Shown here: positions 15,938-25,692 of the stretch, piece by piece
Layout: every line of letters begins with the position of its first letter
How positions within the stretch are numbered: the first letter of the stretch is position 1
From: Deltaproteobacteria bacterium
GTDB lineage: Bacteria; Desulfobacterota; GWC2-55-46
Direction of reading: 5' to 3'
Assembly (NCBI GenBank): GCA_016219115.1
Contig: JACRCH010000139.1
Coordinates: 1 to 60,218, forward strand
DNA: 60,218 nucleotides
The notes under the pieces: model-generated
The model's input: the letters and a program-made list of their open reading frames with translations, nothing else
Database searches by the model: none
What the model was told of the DNA's origin: nothing
Made by a program: the position numbers and the translations under genes

Positions 15938-17869
15938 ATGTGCGGCATAGCCGGTTTCCTCAATTTAAATGACGGTAAGGACGCGTCCATAGCGACCCTT
16001 AAAAGGATGCTGTCTTCAATAAGGCATCGCGGCCCGGACGGCGCCGGAGTCTATTACGACGGCAGGGCCTGCCTCGGGCACGCCAGACTGAGCATCATAG
16101 ACCTGGCCGGCGGCACTCAGCCCATGTGCAACGAGGACAAGAGCGTCTGGATAACATTCAACGGTGAGATATTCAACTACATAGAGCTGAGGGAGGGTCT
16201 CCTTAAAAAAGGGCACGTACTCAAGACGCACTCCGACACAGAGGTGATCATCCACCTCTATGAAGACCACGGCGCGGAATGCCTTAAATACCTTAACGGC
16301 CAGTTCGCCTTCGCCGTCTGGGACAAAAACAAAGGCGAGCTGTTCCTCGCCAGGGACAGGCTTGGCATCCGCCCTCTCTTTTACGCCGGCTCAGGGGGAG
16401 CGTTCTTCTTCGCCTCGGAGATAAAGGCGATCTTCGCCGCGAACGTAATTGAAAGGGCCATGGACCCCGATGCCCTCGATGAGATTTTCACGCTCTGGTG
16501 CACGGTGCCGCCGAGGACCGCCTTCAAGGGCGTCTCCGAGCTCCCGCCGGCGCATTACATGACTGTTAAAAACGGCGTGGCCTCCATAAAACAGTACTGG
16601 GACGTCGACCTTTCAGGCTGTGGCGAGGAATTGGGCTTTGAGGACTCCATGGAGGCGCTTAAGGGCCTCCTCATAGACGCCACAAGGCTCCGGTTAAGGG
16701 CCGATGTCCCGGTGGGCGCGTACCTGAGCGGCGGCCTCGATTCCTCCGTCACCACGGCCCTCATTCGCAACTTCAGCTCCGCCCCCCTCCAGACGTTTTC
16801 CGTGGCGTTTGAAGACGGGGATTACGATGAGAGCGTTTACCAGAAGGAGATGGCCCGGGCTCTCGGCACCGAGCACCATGAGATAAGGTGCTCTTATTCG
16901 GATATAAGCGAAAACTTCGCCAGGGTCATCTGGCACACGGAAAAACCGATCCTCAGGACAGCCCCCGTCCCCCTATTCCTCCTGTCCGGGCTCGTTCGGA
17001 AAAACGGCTTCAAGGTCGTCCTCACGGGAGAAGGGGCCGATGAGGTACTCGGAGGCTACGACATATTCAGGGAGACGAAGATACGCCAGTTCTGGGCGCG
17101 GTTCCCGGACTCCGCGCACCGCCCCATGCTCCTTAAAAAACTCTATCCGTATCTCCCCGCCTTTCAGGGGCAGTCAAAATTTTACAGAGAGGCATTCTTC
17201 AATACCGGCGCCGCCGGGACCTCGGATATCCTTTTTTCCCACAGGCCCAGATGGCGGACGGCGTCCAGGAACAGACTGTTCTTCTCGGACTGGATGAGGG
17301 GCATGTTAAAAGGGAGCGCCGAGGATGCGTACGCGAAGACCCTGCCCGCGGGGTTCGAGGGGTGGCCTCCTGTGGCGCGCGCGCAGTACATAGAGCTTAA
17401 GAACCTGTTGCCGGGCTATATACTGTCGTCGCAGGGGGACAGGGTCTCGATGGCCCATTCAATAGAGGGGCGGTTTCCGTTCCTCGACCACCGCGTCGTG
17501 GAGTTCTGCTCGCGCCTGCCGTTGCGCTACAAGATACGCGGACTGAACGAGAAGTTCATACTGAAAAAGGCGATGAAGCCCCACCTCCCTGAAAATATAG
17601 TGAAACGGACGAAACAGCCCTATCTCGCCCCTGACGGCAAAAGTTTTTTCAAGAGCGGCAAGGCGTCCGATTATGTGGAGGATATGCTCTCGGATGAACG
17701 CATAACGGAATACGGGTATTTCAACCCTGGACCAGTGCGTCTCCTTGTGAACAAGTGCAGGAGGGGCGCGGTTACCGGGTTCAGGGACAATATGGCGCTC
17801 GTGGGGATACTGTCCGTCCAGATCCTCCACCGGCAGTTCCTTAAGGGCCCGGTCGCCGCCGCCCTTTGA
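15938..17869 (+). CDS. asnB: glutamine-hydrolysing asparagine-synthase-family amidotransferase (exosortase-system associated)
   Basis: Ntn start MCGIAGF and the PP-loop-like motif VGAYLSGGLDSS. 643 aa, typical AsnB architecture. Confidence 0.85.
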   Translation: MCGIAGFLNLNDGKDASIATLKRMLSSIRHRGPDGAGVYYDGRACLGHARLSIIDLAGGTQPMCNEDKSVWITFNGEIFNYIELREGLLKKGHVLKTHSDTEVIIHLYEDHGAECLKYLNGQFAFAVWDKNKGELFLARDRLGIRPLFYAGSGGAFFFASEIKAIFAANVIERAMDPDALDEIFTLWCTVPPRTAFKGVSELPPAHYMTVKNGVASIKQYWDVDLSGCGEELGFEDSMEALKGLLIDATRLRLRADVPVGAYLSGGLDSSVTTALIRNFSSAPLQTFSVAFEDGDYDESVYQKEMARALGTEHHEIRCSYSDISENFARVIWHTEKPILRTAPVPLFLLSGLVRKNGFKVVLTGEGADEVLGGYDIFRETKIRQFWARFPDSAHRPMLLKKLYPYLPAFQGQSKFYREAFFNTGAAGTSDILFSHRPRWRTASRNRLFFSDWMRGMLKGSAEDAYAKTLPAGFEGWPPVARAQYIELKNLLPGYILSSQGDRVSMAHSIEGRFPFLDHRVVEFCSRLPLRYKIRGLNEKFILKKAMKPHLPENIVKRTKQPYLAPDGKSFFKSGKASDYVEDMLSDERITEYGYFNPGPVRLLVNKCRRGAVTGFRDNMALVGILSVQILHRQFLKGPVAAAL

Positions 17870-17900
17870 GATAATTTCGCGATACCGAGGAGGATTGCAA

Positions 17901-18146
17901 ATGCGTGATAGGGTAAGAAAATTTATTTTTGACAACTTTCTTTTCGGCGCCGATGAAGGGAGCCTCAAGGATGATGACTCATTCCTTGAGCAGGGGATCA
18001 TCGACTCCACCGGGATACTCGAGCTCGTGGCCTTTCTTGGCGAGCAATTCAATATCCAGATTAATGACGATGAGCTGATGCCCGAAAATCTCGACTCCGT
18101 GAATTGCATCGTGAACTTCATAACAAGGAAGAAACAACCGGCCTGA
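17901..18146 (+). CDS. acyl carrier protein
   Basis: ATG 17901 is preceded by GAGGAGG. Phosphopantetheine-site motif GIIDSTGILELV. 81 aa. Confidence 0.8.
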   Translation: MRDRVRKFIFDNFLFGADEGSLKDDDSFLEQGIIDSTGILELVAFLGEQFNIQINDDELMPENLDSVNCIVNFITRKKQPA

Positions 18147-18147
18147 G

Positions 18148-19695
18148 ATGCGGATAGAAGACCTGCTCATAAACAGCGCTCAAAGGTCCCCGGACAAGAC
18201 CGCTGTCATACACGGCGCCGCACGGGCTACTTACGGGGAGATACTCGCCAAAGCGGCGGGACTTGCTTCCTGTATTCAGGCAAGCGGCCTGAAGACCGGA
18301 GACAGGGTCATAATCGCGATGGACAATTCGATTGATTACGTGATCGCCTACTTCGGGGTGCACCTTTCAGGATGCGTAACGGTATCCATAAATCAGCAGA
18401 CCTTGACCGCCGGATTCTCGATGATTGCCAGGGATTGCTCCCCCGCGGGCCTTATAGCAGGCATTGGCTTTATCCGGCAGATTGAAGGCTCCGGTGAGCT
18501 TGACAGGCTCAGATTTATCGCCGTTACCGGCAGGCCGGAGCAGATTCCAACGGATATAAACGCAAGAATTCCGGGTATTGTGCTTTTTGCCGATTGTATT
18601 AAGGCGGGTTGCGATATAAAGGCCCATAACGGAAACAGTGAATCCCTCGCCTCGATAATTTACACTTCCGGGACAACAAGCGCACCGAAGGGCGTAATGC
18701 TTGCTCACAGGAACCTTCTTGCCAACACCGGCTCGATCGTTGAATACCTGTCCATTAACGAAACAGACCGCATAATGGTGGTCCTTCCTTTTTATTATTC
18801 GTACGGGAACTCGCTCCTGCTGACGCATATAGCCAAGGGAGGCGCTATCGTTCTCGATAACCGTTTCGTTTACCCCAATGTCATCTTGAATAAGATGATA
18901 AGCGAGTGCGTAACGGCATTTGCCGGCGTCCCCTCCACTTTCGCCATACTGTGCCACCGCTCCAACTTCAAGGCCTTGCAGTTCCCTATGCTCCGATATA
19001 TCACGCAGGCCGGCGGCCCCATGTCTCACGCGCTGTCCGTTGAGATACTGAAGGTCGTGCCGCACGTAAAACTTTACATAATGTACGGCCAGACCGAGGC
19101 ATCGGCCAGACTTTCATACCTTCATCCGGATGATATCCATAGAAAGTCCGACTCCATTGGAAAGGCGATACCCGGGGTTGCTCTTGATGTGCTGAATGAA
19201 AACGGCGCGCCTGTCAAACCGGGGGAGACGGGAGAGATCGTCGCGTCCGGAGACAATATAATGATGGGTTACTGGGGCAAGCCGGACGAGACGGCGAAAG
19301 TTCTCCGTGACGGCAAATTATTCACCGGCGACCTGGCCACCGTTGATGATGACGGCTACCTTTACATAGTGGGCAGAAAATGGGACATGATAAAAAGCGG
19401 GGCCCACCGTATAGCCCCGAGGGAAATTGAAGAGATCTTAATGGAGCACCCTGCTGTCCACGAAGCCGCCGTGATAGGCAAGGATGACCGTATTTTAGGG
19501 GAGTCCATTTTTGCGTTCGTGGCCCTCAAGGATGGGCAGGCATGCACCAAAGAGGAGCTTTTGACTCACTGCCGCGGCAAGCTCCAGTTATTCAAGATTC
19601 CCAAGGCCATCTGTTTTTTGGATTCTCTTCCAAAGACCGAGAGCATGAAAATAAAGAAGCACGAACTTAAAAAAAGTGAACTTATCAAGAGGTAG
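18148..19695 (+). CDS. AMP-dependent acyl-CoA/acyl-ACP ligase 1
   Basis: Adenylation motifs IIYTSGTTSAPKGVML, YGQTE, GDLATVDDDGYLYIVGR and a terminal K in ...ESMKIKK. Confidence 0.85.
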   Translation: MRIEDLLINSAQRSPDKTAVIHGAARATYGEILAKAAGLASCIQASGLKTGDRVIIAMDNSIDYVIAYFGVHLSGCVTVSINQQTLTAGFSMIARDCSPAGLIAGIGFIRQIEGSGELDRLRFIAVTGRPEQIPTDINARIPGIVLFADCIKAGCDIKAHNGNSESLASIIYTSGTTSAPKGVMLAHRNLLANTGSIVEYLSINETDRIMVVLPFYYSYGNSLLLTHIAKGGAIVLDNRFVYPNVILNKMISECVTAFAGVPSTFAILCHRSNFKALQFPMLRYITQAGGPMSHALSVEILKVVPHVKLYIMYGQTEASARLSYLHPDDIHRKSDSIGKAIPGVALDVLNENGAPVKPGETGEIVASGDNIMMGYWGKPDETAKVLRDGKLFTGDLATVDDDGYLYIVGRKWDMIKSGAHRIAPREIEEILMEHPAVHEAAVIGKDDRILGESIFAFVALKDGQACTKEELLTHCRGKLQLFKIPKAICFLDSLPKTESMKIKKHELKKSELIKR

Positions 19696-19698
19696 CCA

Positions 19699-20700
19699 AT
19701 GAAGATTTGCGCCAGATGCATCCTGCCTGAAACGTTTCCGGGCATATCCCTGGATGACAACGGGATATGTAATCATTGCCACAGCTTTCCGGAAATCGAG
19801 TCCCTCATGGAGCAAAAGAAGGAATATGAGAACAGGTTCGTTGAGCTTGTCCGGAAGCATCGAGGCATCAATGAATATGATTGTCTGATGGCGTATAGCG
19901 GCGGGAAGGACAGCACTTACACTCTCATGCTTCTAAAGAGGCGATACGGCTTGAACATACTTGCGCTTACGCTGGACAACGGATTCATCTCCCCGAACGC
20001 GTTCAGCAACATGTGCGAGGTGACAAAGAACCTCGGGGTGGACCACCTCATATTCAAGCCTCGTTTCGACCTGATGAAAAAGATATTCCTCCTCGCATCG
20101 GAGAACGACGTGTATTCTAAAAAGACTCTTGAGCGTGCGAGCACGATCTGCACGTCATGTATCGGCATAGTCAAGTTCGTAACCCTGAAGATCGCCATTG
20201 AGAAGACAATACCCTTCGTAGGATACGGGTGGTCGCCCGGGCAGGCCCCGGTGCAGTCATCCGTGATAAGGACAAACCCGTCTCTTATGAAAGCGACCCA
20301 GGCGGCCATTCTTCGGCCTCTTTCAAGGCTCGCCGGAGCGGAGCTGAAACAGTACTTCCTTGGGGAAGCGCACTTCAGCGATCCCGAACGCTTCCCTTAT
20401 AATGTCCATCCTCTCGCGTTCCTTGAATACAACGAGGAGAGGATCATAGAGGAGATTGGGAATATCGGGTGGAAGGCTCCTAACGATACGGACTCGAACT
20501 CAACGAACTGCCTCCTGAACGCATATGCAAACGATGTCCATGTAAAGAGGTTCAAATTCCACCCTTATGTCTGGGAAATAGCGAACATGGTCAGGGCCGG
20601 GATAATGGGGCGCGAGGAAGGGTATGAGAAGATCTACGGAGAACAGCCCCCGGAGCTCATAAACGAGGCGAAGAAAAGGCTGGGACTGCCAACAAACTGA
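19699..20700 (+). CDS. N-acetyl sugar amidotransferase (WbpG/WbuX-type PP-loop enzyme)
   Basis: N-terminal Cys knuckles CARC...CNHC and PP-loop AYSGGKDST. Confidence 0.7.
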   Translation: MKICARCILPETFPGISLDDNGICNHCHSFPEIESLMEQKKEYENRFVELVRKHRGINEYDCLMAYSGGKDSTYTLMLLKRRYGLNILALTLDNGFISPNAFSNMCEVTKNLGVDHLIFKPRFDLMKKIFLLASENDVYSKKTLERASTICTSCIGIVKFVTLKIAIEKTIPFVGYGWSPGQAPVQSSVIRTNPSLMKATQAAILRPLSRLAGAELKQYFLGEAHFSDPERFPYNVHPLAFLEYNEERIIEEIGNIGWKAPNDTDSNSTNCLLNAYANDVHVKRFKFHPYVWEIANMVRAGIMGREEGYEKIYGEQPPELINEAKKRLGLPTN

Positions 20701-22262
20701 TGCTTGTACACAACTTTCTCGAATACAGCGCCGGAAAATCGCCGGGCAAGGCGGCCCTTGTCATCAACAACGAGCGCCACACCTACGCGGATATCAACGC
20801 GATGGCGGACAGGCTCGCGTATGCCCTGGTGGCCGAAGGGTTTGAAAGGGGCGACCGGGCCGTGGTCTTCCTTGAAAACACGCTTGAGGCCGTGGTCAGC
20901 ATATTCGCCATCCTCAAGGCAGGAGGGGCCTTCCTGCCTGTAAATCCCGGAACGAAGGGGGAAAAACTGGCGTATATACTCAACAACTCCCGCGCCTCCG
21001 CGCTCATAAGTTCCAACCAGAAGACCAATGTTATCAATGAGGTCTGCGGGGCAACGCCTTTTCTGAGGATGATAGTCCTTGCTGGAAATGGGACTGCATG
21101 GAATAATATAACATTAAACAAAAAAATAATTTCATTTGGAGACATCACTGAAAGCTCCGGCACGCCCTCCCTGCCCTGCGTGAGCATAGATGCGGACCTT
21201 GCAAGCATACTCTACACGTCGGGCTCCACGGGCAGACCCAAGGGTGTGGCGCTCACGCATCTGAACATGGTCTCAGCCGCCGATTCCATCACGACATACC
21301 TTGAAAACACTTCAGATGACATCATAATCAACGTCCTTCCTCTCTCCTTCGATTATGGGCTCTACCAGGTACTTATGGCTTTCAAGGTCGGCGCCACTGT
21401 GATACTGGAAAAGTCTTTTATCTACCCCTGGAGTATAATAGATACGATCTTGAGAGAAAAGGTCACCGGATTTCCAATAGTCCCCATGATATCCGCGATC
21501 CTCATGCAAATCGACGATATTAAGCAAAAAGACTTCAGCCATCTCCGTTATATCACTAACACGGCCGCTTCACTGCCCGATGCACATATAAAAAAGCTCA
21601 GAGAGTTCTTTCCAAAAACAAAAATATTCTCGATGTACGGGCTTACGGAATGCAAGCGCGTCTCCTATCTTCCAACGGAGGACCTCGAAAAACGCCCCGG
21701 CTCAGTTGGAAAGGCTATGCCCAACACGGAGACATATGTAGTAGATGAGGACGGTAAAAAGGTCGGCCCGGGGGTAATCGGGGAGCTGGTTGTCAGGGGC
21801 TCGAACGTGATGCGCGGATACTGGGAATCCCCTGAGGAGACCGCCCGGGTGATTAAAACAGGGGCATTCCCCGGCGATGTGCTACTTTATACCGGGGACA
21901 ATTTTGTGATGGACGAGGCCGGATATCTTTATTTCAAGGGCAGGAAGGACGACGTCATAAAAAGCAGAGGAGAGAAGGTAAGCCCCAAGGAAATAGAGAA
22001 TGTACTCTATGGTATCAAGGGGGTAGCCGAGGCGGCGGTCATAGGCGTCCCTGACCCTATCCTTGGCGAATCCATAAAGGCTTTCATTGTAAGAAGCGAG
22101 CACAGCCTGACGGAGAGAGACGTTTTGACGTTTTGCTCAACCCGCCTGGAGGACCTCCTTGTTCCGAAGGAGATAGTGTTCGTGGATGAGTTGCCGAAAA
22201 CAGAAAACGGTAAAATAAATAAAGCCTTATTGAAGCAGATGCCGCCGAGACCGTCCATTTAA
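20700..22262 (+). CDS. AMP-dependent acyl-CoA/acyl-ACP ligase 2
   Basis: ILYTSGSTGRPKGVAL, YGLTE, GDNFVMDEAGYLYFKGR. Its ATG overlaps the upstream TGA (TGATG). Confidence 0.85.
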   Translation: MLVHNFLEYSAGKSPGKAALVINNERHTYADINAMADRLAYALVAEGFERGDRAVVFLENTLEAVVSIFAILKAGGAFLPVNPGTKGEKLAYILNNSRASALISSNQKTNVINEVCGATPFLRMIVLAGNGTAWNNITLNKKIISFGDITESSGTPSLPCVSIDADLASILYTSGSTGRPKGVALTHLNMVSAADSITTYLENTSDDIIINVLPLSFDYGLYQVLMAFKVGATVILEKSFIYPWSIIDTILREKVTGFPIVPMISAILMQIDDIKQKDFSHLRYITNTAASLPDAHIKKLREFFPKTKIFSMYGLTECKRVSYLPTEDLEKRPGSVGKAMPNTETYVVDEDGKKVGPGVIGELVVRGSNVMRGYWESPEETARVIKTGAFPGDVLLYTGDNFVMDEAGYLYFKGRKDDVIKSRGEKVSPKEIENVLYGIKGVAEAAVIGVPDPILGESIKAFIVRSEHSLTERDVLTFCSTRLEDLLVPKEIVFVDELPKTENGKINKALLKQMPPRPSI

Positions 22263-22281
22263 AATATTGCAGGATCAAACC

Positions 22282-23115
22282 ATGTACAACGCGATTACAA
22301 TTGACGTGGAAGACTACTTCATGGTCTCGGCCTTTTCCAACGTCGTCAGCTTCGAGGACTGGACAAAATATGAAATCCGCGTCGAGCAGAATACGCGGAA
22401 GATACTCGACCTTTTCGCAAGGCACGGCGTGAGGGCGACCTTTTTCATCCTCGGATGGATCGCGGAGCGCGATCCAGGACTTATCAGGGATATCCGTTCG
22501 GCCGGACATGAGGTCGCCAGCCACGGCTACAACCACAGGCTGGTGTACGACCTCACCGCCGGGGAGTTCAGAGAGGATATCCGCAGGGCGAAGGGCATAC
22601 TGGAAGGCATTACGGGAACGCCGGTCCTCGGGTTCAGGGCCGCCAGCTACTCCATCGTCAAAAGAAGCCTCTGGGCCATAGACGTACTGATAGAGGAGGG
22701 CTTCAAGTACGACTCCAGCATCTTCCCCATCCATCACGACAGGTACGGCCTTCCTGGAGCCGAGCGCTTCCCGCATAAAATCAAGAGAAGCGCCGGGACG
22801 CTCTTTGAGTTCCCCCCTTCCACCTACAGGCTCTTCGGCCAGAACGTCCCCATAGCCGGTGGGGGATATCTGAGGTTCTTCCCCCTCTGGGCCACCAAGG
22901 CCATGGTGAAAAGGATAAACGAAAAGGAAAAACAGCCCGTCAACTTCTATCTGCACCCCTGGGAGATAGACACCGATCAACCCAGGATGAACGGACGCCG
23001 CCTCTCGGAGTTCAGGCATTATATAAACCTGAAGACCACCATGCCGAAACTTGAATCGCTGACAAAGGAATTCAAATTCAAACCGATATCCGAGATCATC
23101 GCGTCTTATGAATAG
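22282..23115 (+). CDS. XrtA/PEP-CTERM-system polysaccharide deacetylase
   Basis: Starts MYNAITIDVEDYF, with a NodB-like ASHGYNH motif. ATG 22282 is preferred over TTG 22267. Confidence 0.8.
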   Translation: MYNAITIDVEDYFMVSAFSNVVSFEDWTKYEIRVEQNTRKILDLFARHGVRATFFILGWIAERDPGLIRDIRSAGHEVASHGYNHRLVYDLTAGEFREDIRRAKGILEGITGTPVLGFRAASYSIVKRSLWAIDVLIEEGFKYDSSIFPIHHDRYGLPGAERFPHKIKRSAGTLFEFPPSTYRLFGQNVPIAGGGYLRFFPLWATKAMVKRINEKEKQPVNFYLHPWEIDTDQPRMNGRRLSEFRHYINLKTTMPKLESLTKEFKFKPISEIIASYE

Positions 23116-24655
23116 CGAAGTCCAGTCATACCCGTTGGCGGAGATCTTCCGTTTCCGGAAGAAGGCGGTGACGCTGGTATTTATTCTCGCCGCCGTGTTC
23201 CTGTTTGGATTCTACGGCGCGGCGAGCTCTCTCGTCGCGACATGGAACGGGAGGGACGACTATTCCCACGGCTTCCTGGTGCCTCTTATAAGCCTCTATT
23301 TCGTCTGGGCCGACAGACGAAGGCTCGGCTCCCTGACACCGGCCCCCAACCTGGCCGGCGGGCTCTTCCTCACCCTTGCCGGAGCGCTCATGAACGCCGC
23401 CGGCGGCATCGGCGGAGTGATGCTTGTCCAGCAGATATCCATACTCGTCATAATCCCCGGCCTTGTGCTCCTACTGCTCGGGACGCGGTTTTTAAAGGCC
23501 CTTGCCCTGCCCTTGCTCTATCTTGTCCTTATGGTGCCTTTGCTGGACCCGGTCATTAAAAGGATCCAGTGGCCCTTCCAGCTCCTCTCGGCCGCCGCCG
23601 CATCGGATGTGTTGACGCTTCTGGGCGTACCTGTTTTCAACCGCGCCCAGTATCTCGAACTGCCGACCGTCACGCTCGAAGTGGCCGACGTGTGCAGCGG
23701 CGTCCGTTACCTCGTATCCATCATAGCGCTGACGATACCGCTGGCATACTTCACCCAGAGGGGATGGAAGAAAAAGGGCCTGTTGTTCGTCCTTGCCGTT
23801 CTCATCGGCATTTTCACCAATATATTGCGTGTTATCCTTATCGGCCTCTGGTCTTATTTCGGCGGCACGGTCGTCCACGGCCCGATGCATCTGTTCCAGG
23901 GGCTCTTTGTCTCGGTCGTAGGGATGGTCTTCCTTTTCATCATCGCCATGGCGCTGTCCAGGGCCCCGTCCGCTGATGCGCATATAGAGGACCAGGCCCT
24001 GAAAAATGAGGAGGCCGGGCCAGTCTTAAACGCAAGCCGGTTCAACATCGCTTATTTCATCGCGATAGCAATGTTGCTCGGCCAGCTCGTCTATCTGCAT
24101 ACCTACACATCCAGGCCCGTACCTGTGAAGAGAAACTTGAATGCCATGCCCATGGATATCGGTGGATGGACGGGCATGGATATAAGCAGGACGGAGGCGC
24201 CTTTTTCCCCTCCGAGCGTCGATTCTGAGCTGGCAAGGATATACCGGAACGCCTCAGGCCGTGCGATAACGCTCTATGTCGGGTATTACGCGACCCAGAT
24301 GCAGGACAAGGAGATGATCCATGACAGCATGAGGAAGCTCTATGAGGACGCCGGTAATATCAAGTTGCCGACGGCGTCCATGGGCCAGGTATCCGTCAAC
24401 GAAACCACGGTTAAAGCGGCAGGCGGCGGCACGATGGCGCTTTACTGGTACGATATCAACGGACGGATACTCTCCAGCAATTACACGGCGAAGCTATATA
24501 CGGCGGCGGGAGGCCTTTTCAAAAGGCGCACAAACGGCGCTGTAGTCATAACGTCGACCATTCCCGCCAACCCGGCTGATTCCGAGGCGGCGCTCAACGA
24601 CGAACTCGATTTCGCCGGGAAGTTGCTACCGCTCCTCCGGGACTACCTCCCGTGA
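23108..24655 (+). CDS. xrtA: exosortase fused to an EpsI-family domain
   Basis: Polytopic N-terminal half carrying the exosortase signature residues in ADVCSGVRYL (Cys), FTNILRVILIG (Arg) and HGPMHLFQG (His). After one more TM, the ~200-aa C-terminal part resembles EpsI. The XrtA subtype is inferred from neighbours (prsT, FemAB, deacetylase). Confidence 0.8.
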   Translation: MNSEVQSYPLAEIFRFRKKAVTLVFILAAVFLFGFYGAASSLVATWNGRDDYSHGFLVPLISLYFVWADRRRLGSLTPAPNLAGGLFLTLAGALMNAAGGIGGVMLVQQISILVIIPGLVLLLLGTRFLKALALPLLYLVLMVPLLDPVIKRIQWPFQLLSAAAASDVLTLLGVPVFNRAQYLELPTVTLEVADVCSGVRYLVSIIALTIPLAYFTQRGWKKKGLLFVLAVLIGIFTNILRVILIGLWSYFGGTVVHGPMHLFQGLFVSVVGMVFLFIIAMALSRAPSADAHIEDQALKNEEAGPVLNASRFNIAYFIAIAMLLGQLVYLHTYTSRPVPVKRNLNAMPMDIGGWTGMDISRTEAPFSPPSVDSELARIYRNASGRAITLYVGYYATQMQDKEMIHDSMRKLYEDAGNIKLPTASMGQVSVNETTVKAAGGGTMALYWYDINGRILSSNYTAKLYTAAGGLFKRRTNGAVVITSTIPANPADSEAALNDELDFAGKLLPLLRDYLP

Positions 24656-25692
24656 CCGTACGGATCAGGCTATATACGGAGCAAGACAGGGAGCGGTGGG
24701 ACGGCTTCGTGAACGCCTCGGATTCCTCGGCCTGTTACCACCTTGCCGGCTGGAAGAACGTGATAGAACGGAGCTTCGGCCACAGGACATATTATCTCCT
24801 GGCCGAGGACAGCGGCAATGAGATAAAGGGGATACTCCCCATTGTCCAGCTCAAGAGCGTCATCTTCGGCAACTTCATGGTCTCTCTCCCCTACTTCAAC
24901 TACGGCGGCATCTGCGCGCGGAACGATGAGATAGGTCGCCTGTTGCTTGAAGAGGCGGTCTTGATAGGGCGCAGGCAGGGCGCGGAACACCTGGAGCTTC
25001 GGCATACCAGGCACATGGACGGCAAACTCCAGGAGAAGACCTCCAAGGTCTCAATGACCCTGAGTCTGCCGCGGCAGTCCCAGGAGTTGTGGGACGGCTT
25101 TCCTTCAAAACTCAGGAGCCAGATAAAAAAACCCTCGAAGGAAGGGATGTACTTCAGGATCGGCGGGGAGGATGAACTGGAGAGCTTCTACTCCGTCTTC
25201 TCGATAAACATGAGGGAGCTTGGCACGCCCGTATACTCCATTGAATTCTTCAGGAGCATTTTGAGGGAGTTCCCGGATAAGGCCCGCATATGCACCGTTT
25301 ACGCCCCTGACGGCACGGCTGTCGCCTCCGGGTTCCTGGTCGGTTTCAAGTCAACGCTCGAGATCCCCTGGGCGTCGTCCATAAGCTCTTACAACAGACA
25401 CAGCCCCAATATGCTCCTTTACTGGAGCGTGCTACAGTTCGCCTGTGAAAAGGGCTACGCCACCTTTGATTTCGGGCGCTCCACCCCGGGTGAAGGCACC
25501 TACAGGTTCAAGCAGCAGTGGGGCGCCAAGCCTGTCCAGCTCTACTGGCACTACTGGCTGAAAAACGGGGGCCAGATGCCCGGGCTCAACCCCCATAACC
25601 CCAAATATCAGACGGCCATAAGGATATGGCGGAGGCTCCCCGTCTCCCTGACGAGGCTCATCGGCCCGATGATAGTCAAGAACCTGCCGTGA
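24652..25692 (+). CDS. FemAB-family PEP-CTERM-system-associated protein
   Basis: GTG start overlapping the upstream stop. FemAB/Acetyltransf_6-type C-terminus ...GYATFDFGRSTPGEGTYRFKQQWGAKP. Confidence 0.75.
   Translation: MTVRIRLYTEQDRERWDGFVNASDSSACYHLAGWKNVIERSFGHRTYYLLAEDSGNEIKGILPIVQLKSVIFGNFMVSLPYFNYGGICARNDEIGRLLLEEAVLIGRRQGAEHLELRHTRHMDGKLQEKTSKVSMTLSLPRQSQELWDGFPSKLRSQIKKPSKEGMYFRIGGEDELESFYSVFSINMRELGTPVYSIEFFRSILREFPDKARICTVYAPDGTAVASGFLVGFKSTLEIPWASSISSYNRHSPNMLLYWSVLQFACEKGYATFDFGRSTPGEGTYRFKQQWGAKPVQLYWHYWLKNGGQMPGLNPHNPKYQTAIRIWRRLPVSLTRLIGPMIVKNLP

Noticed and set aside
22084-23019. 311-aa ORF antisense to the ligase 2/deacetylase genes
   Set aside because: A shadow ORF opposite motif-supported genes.
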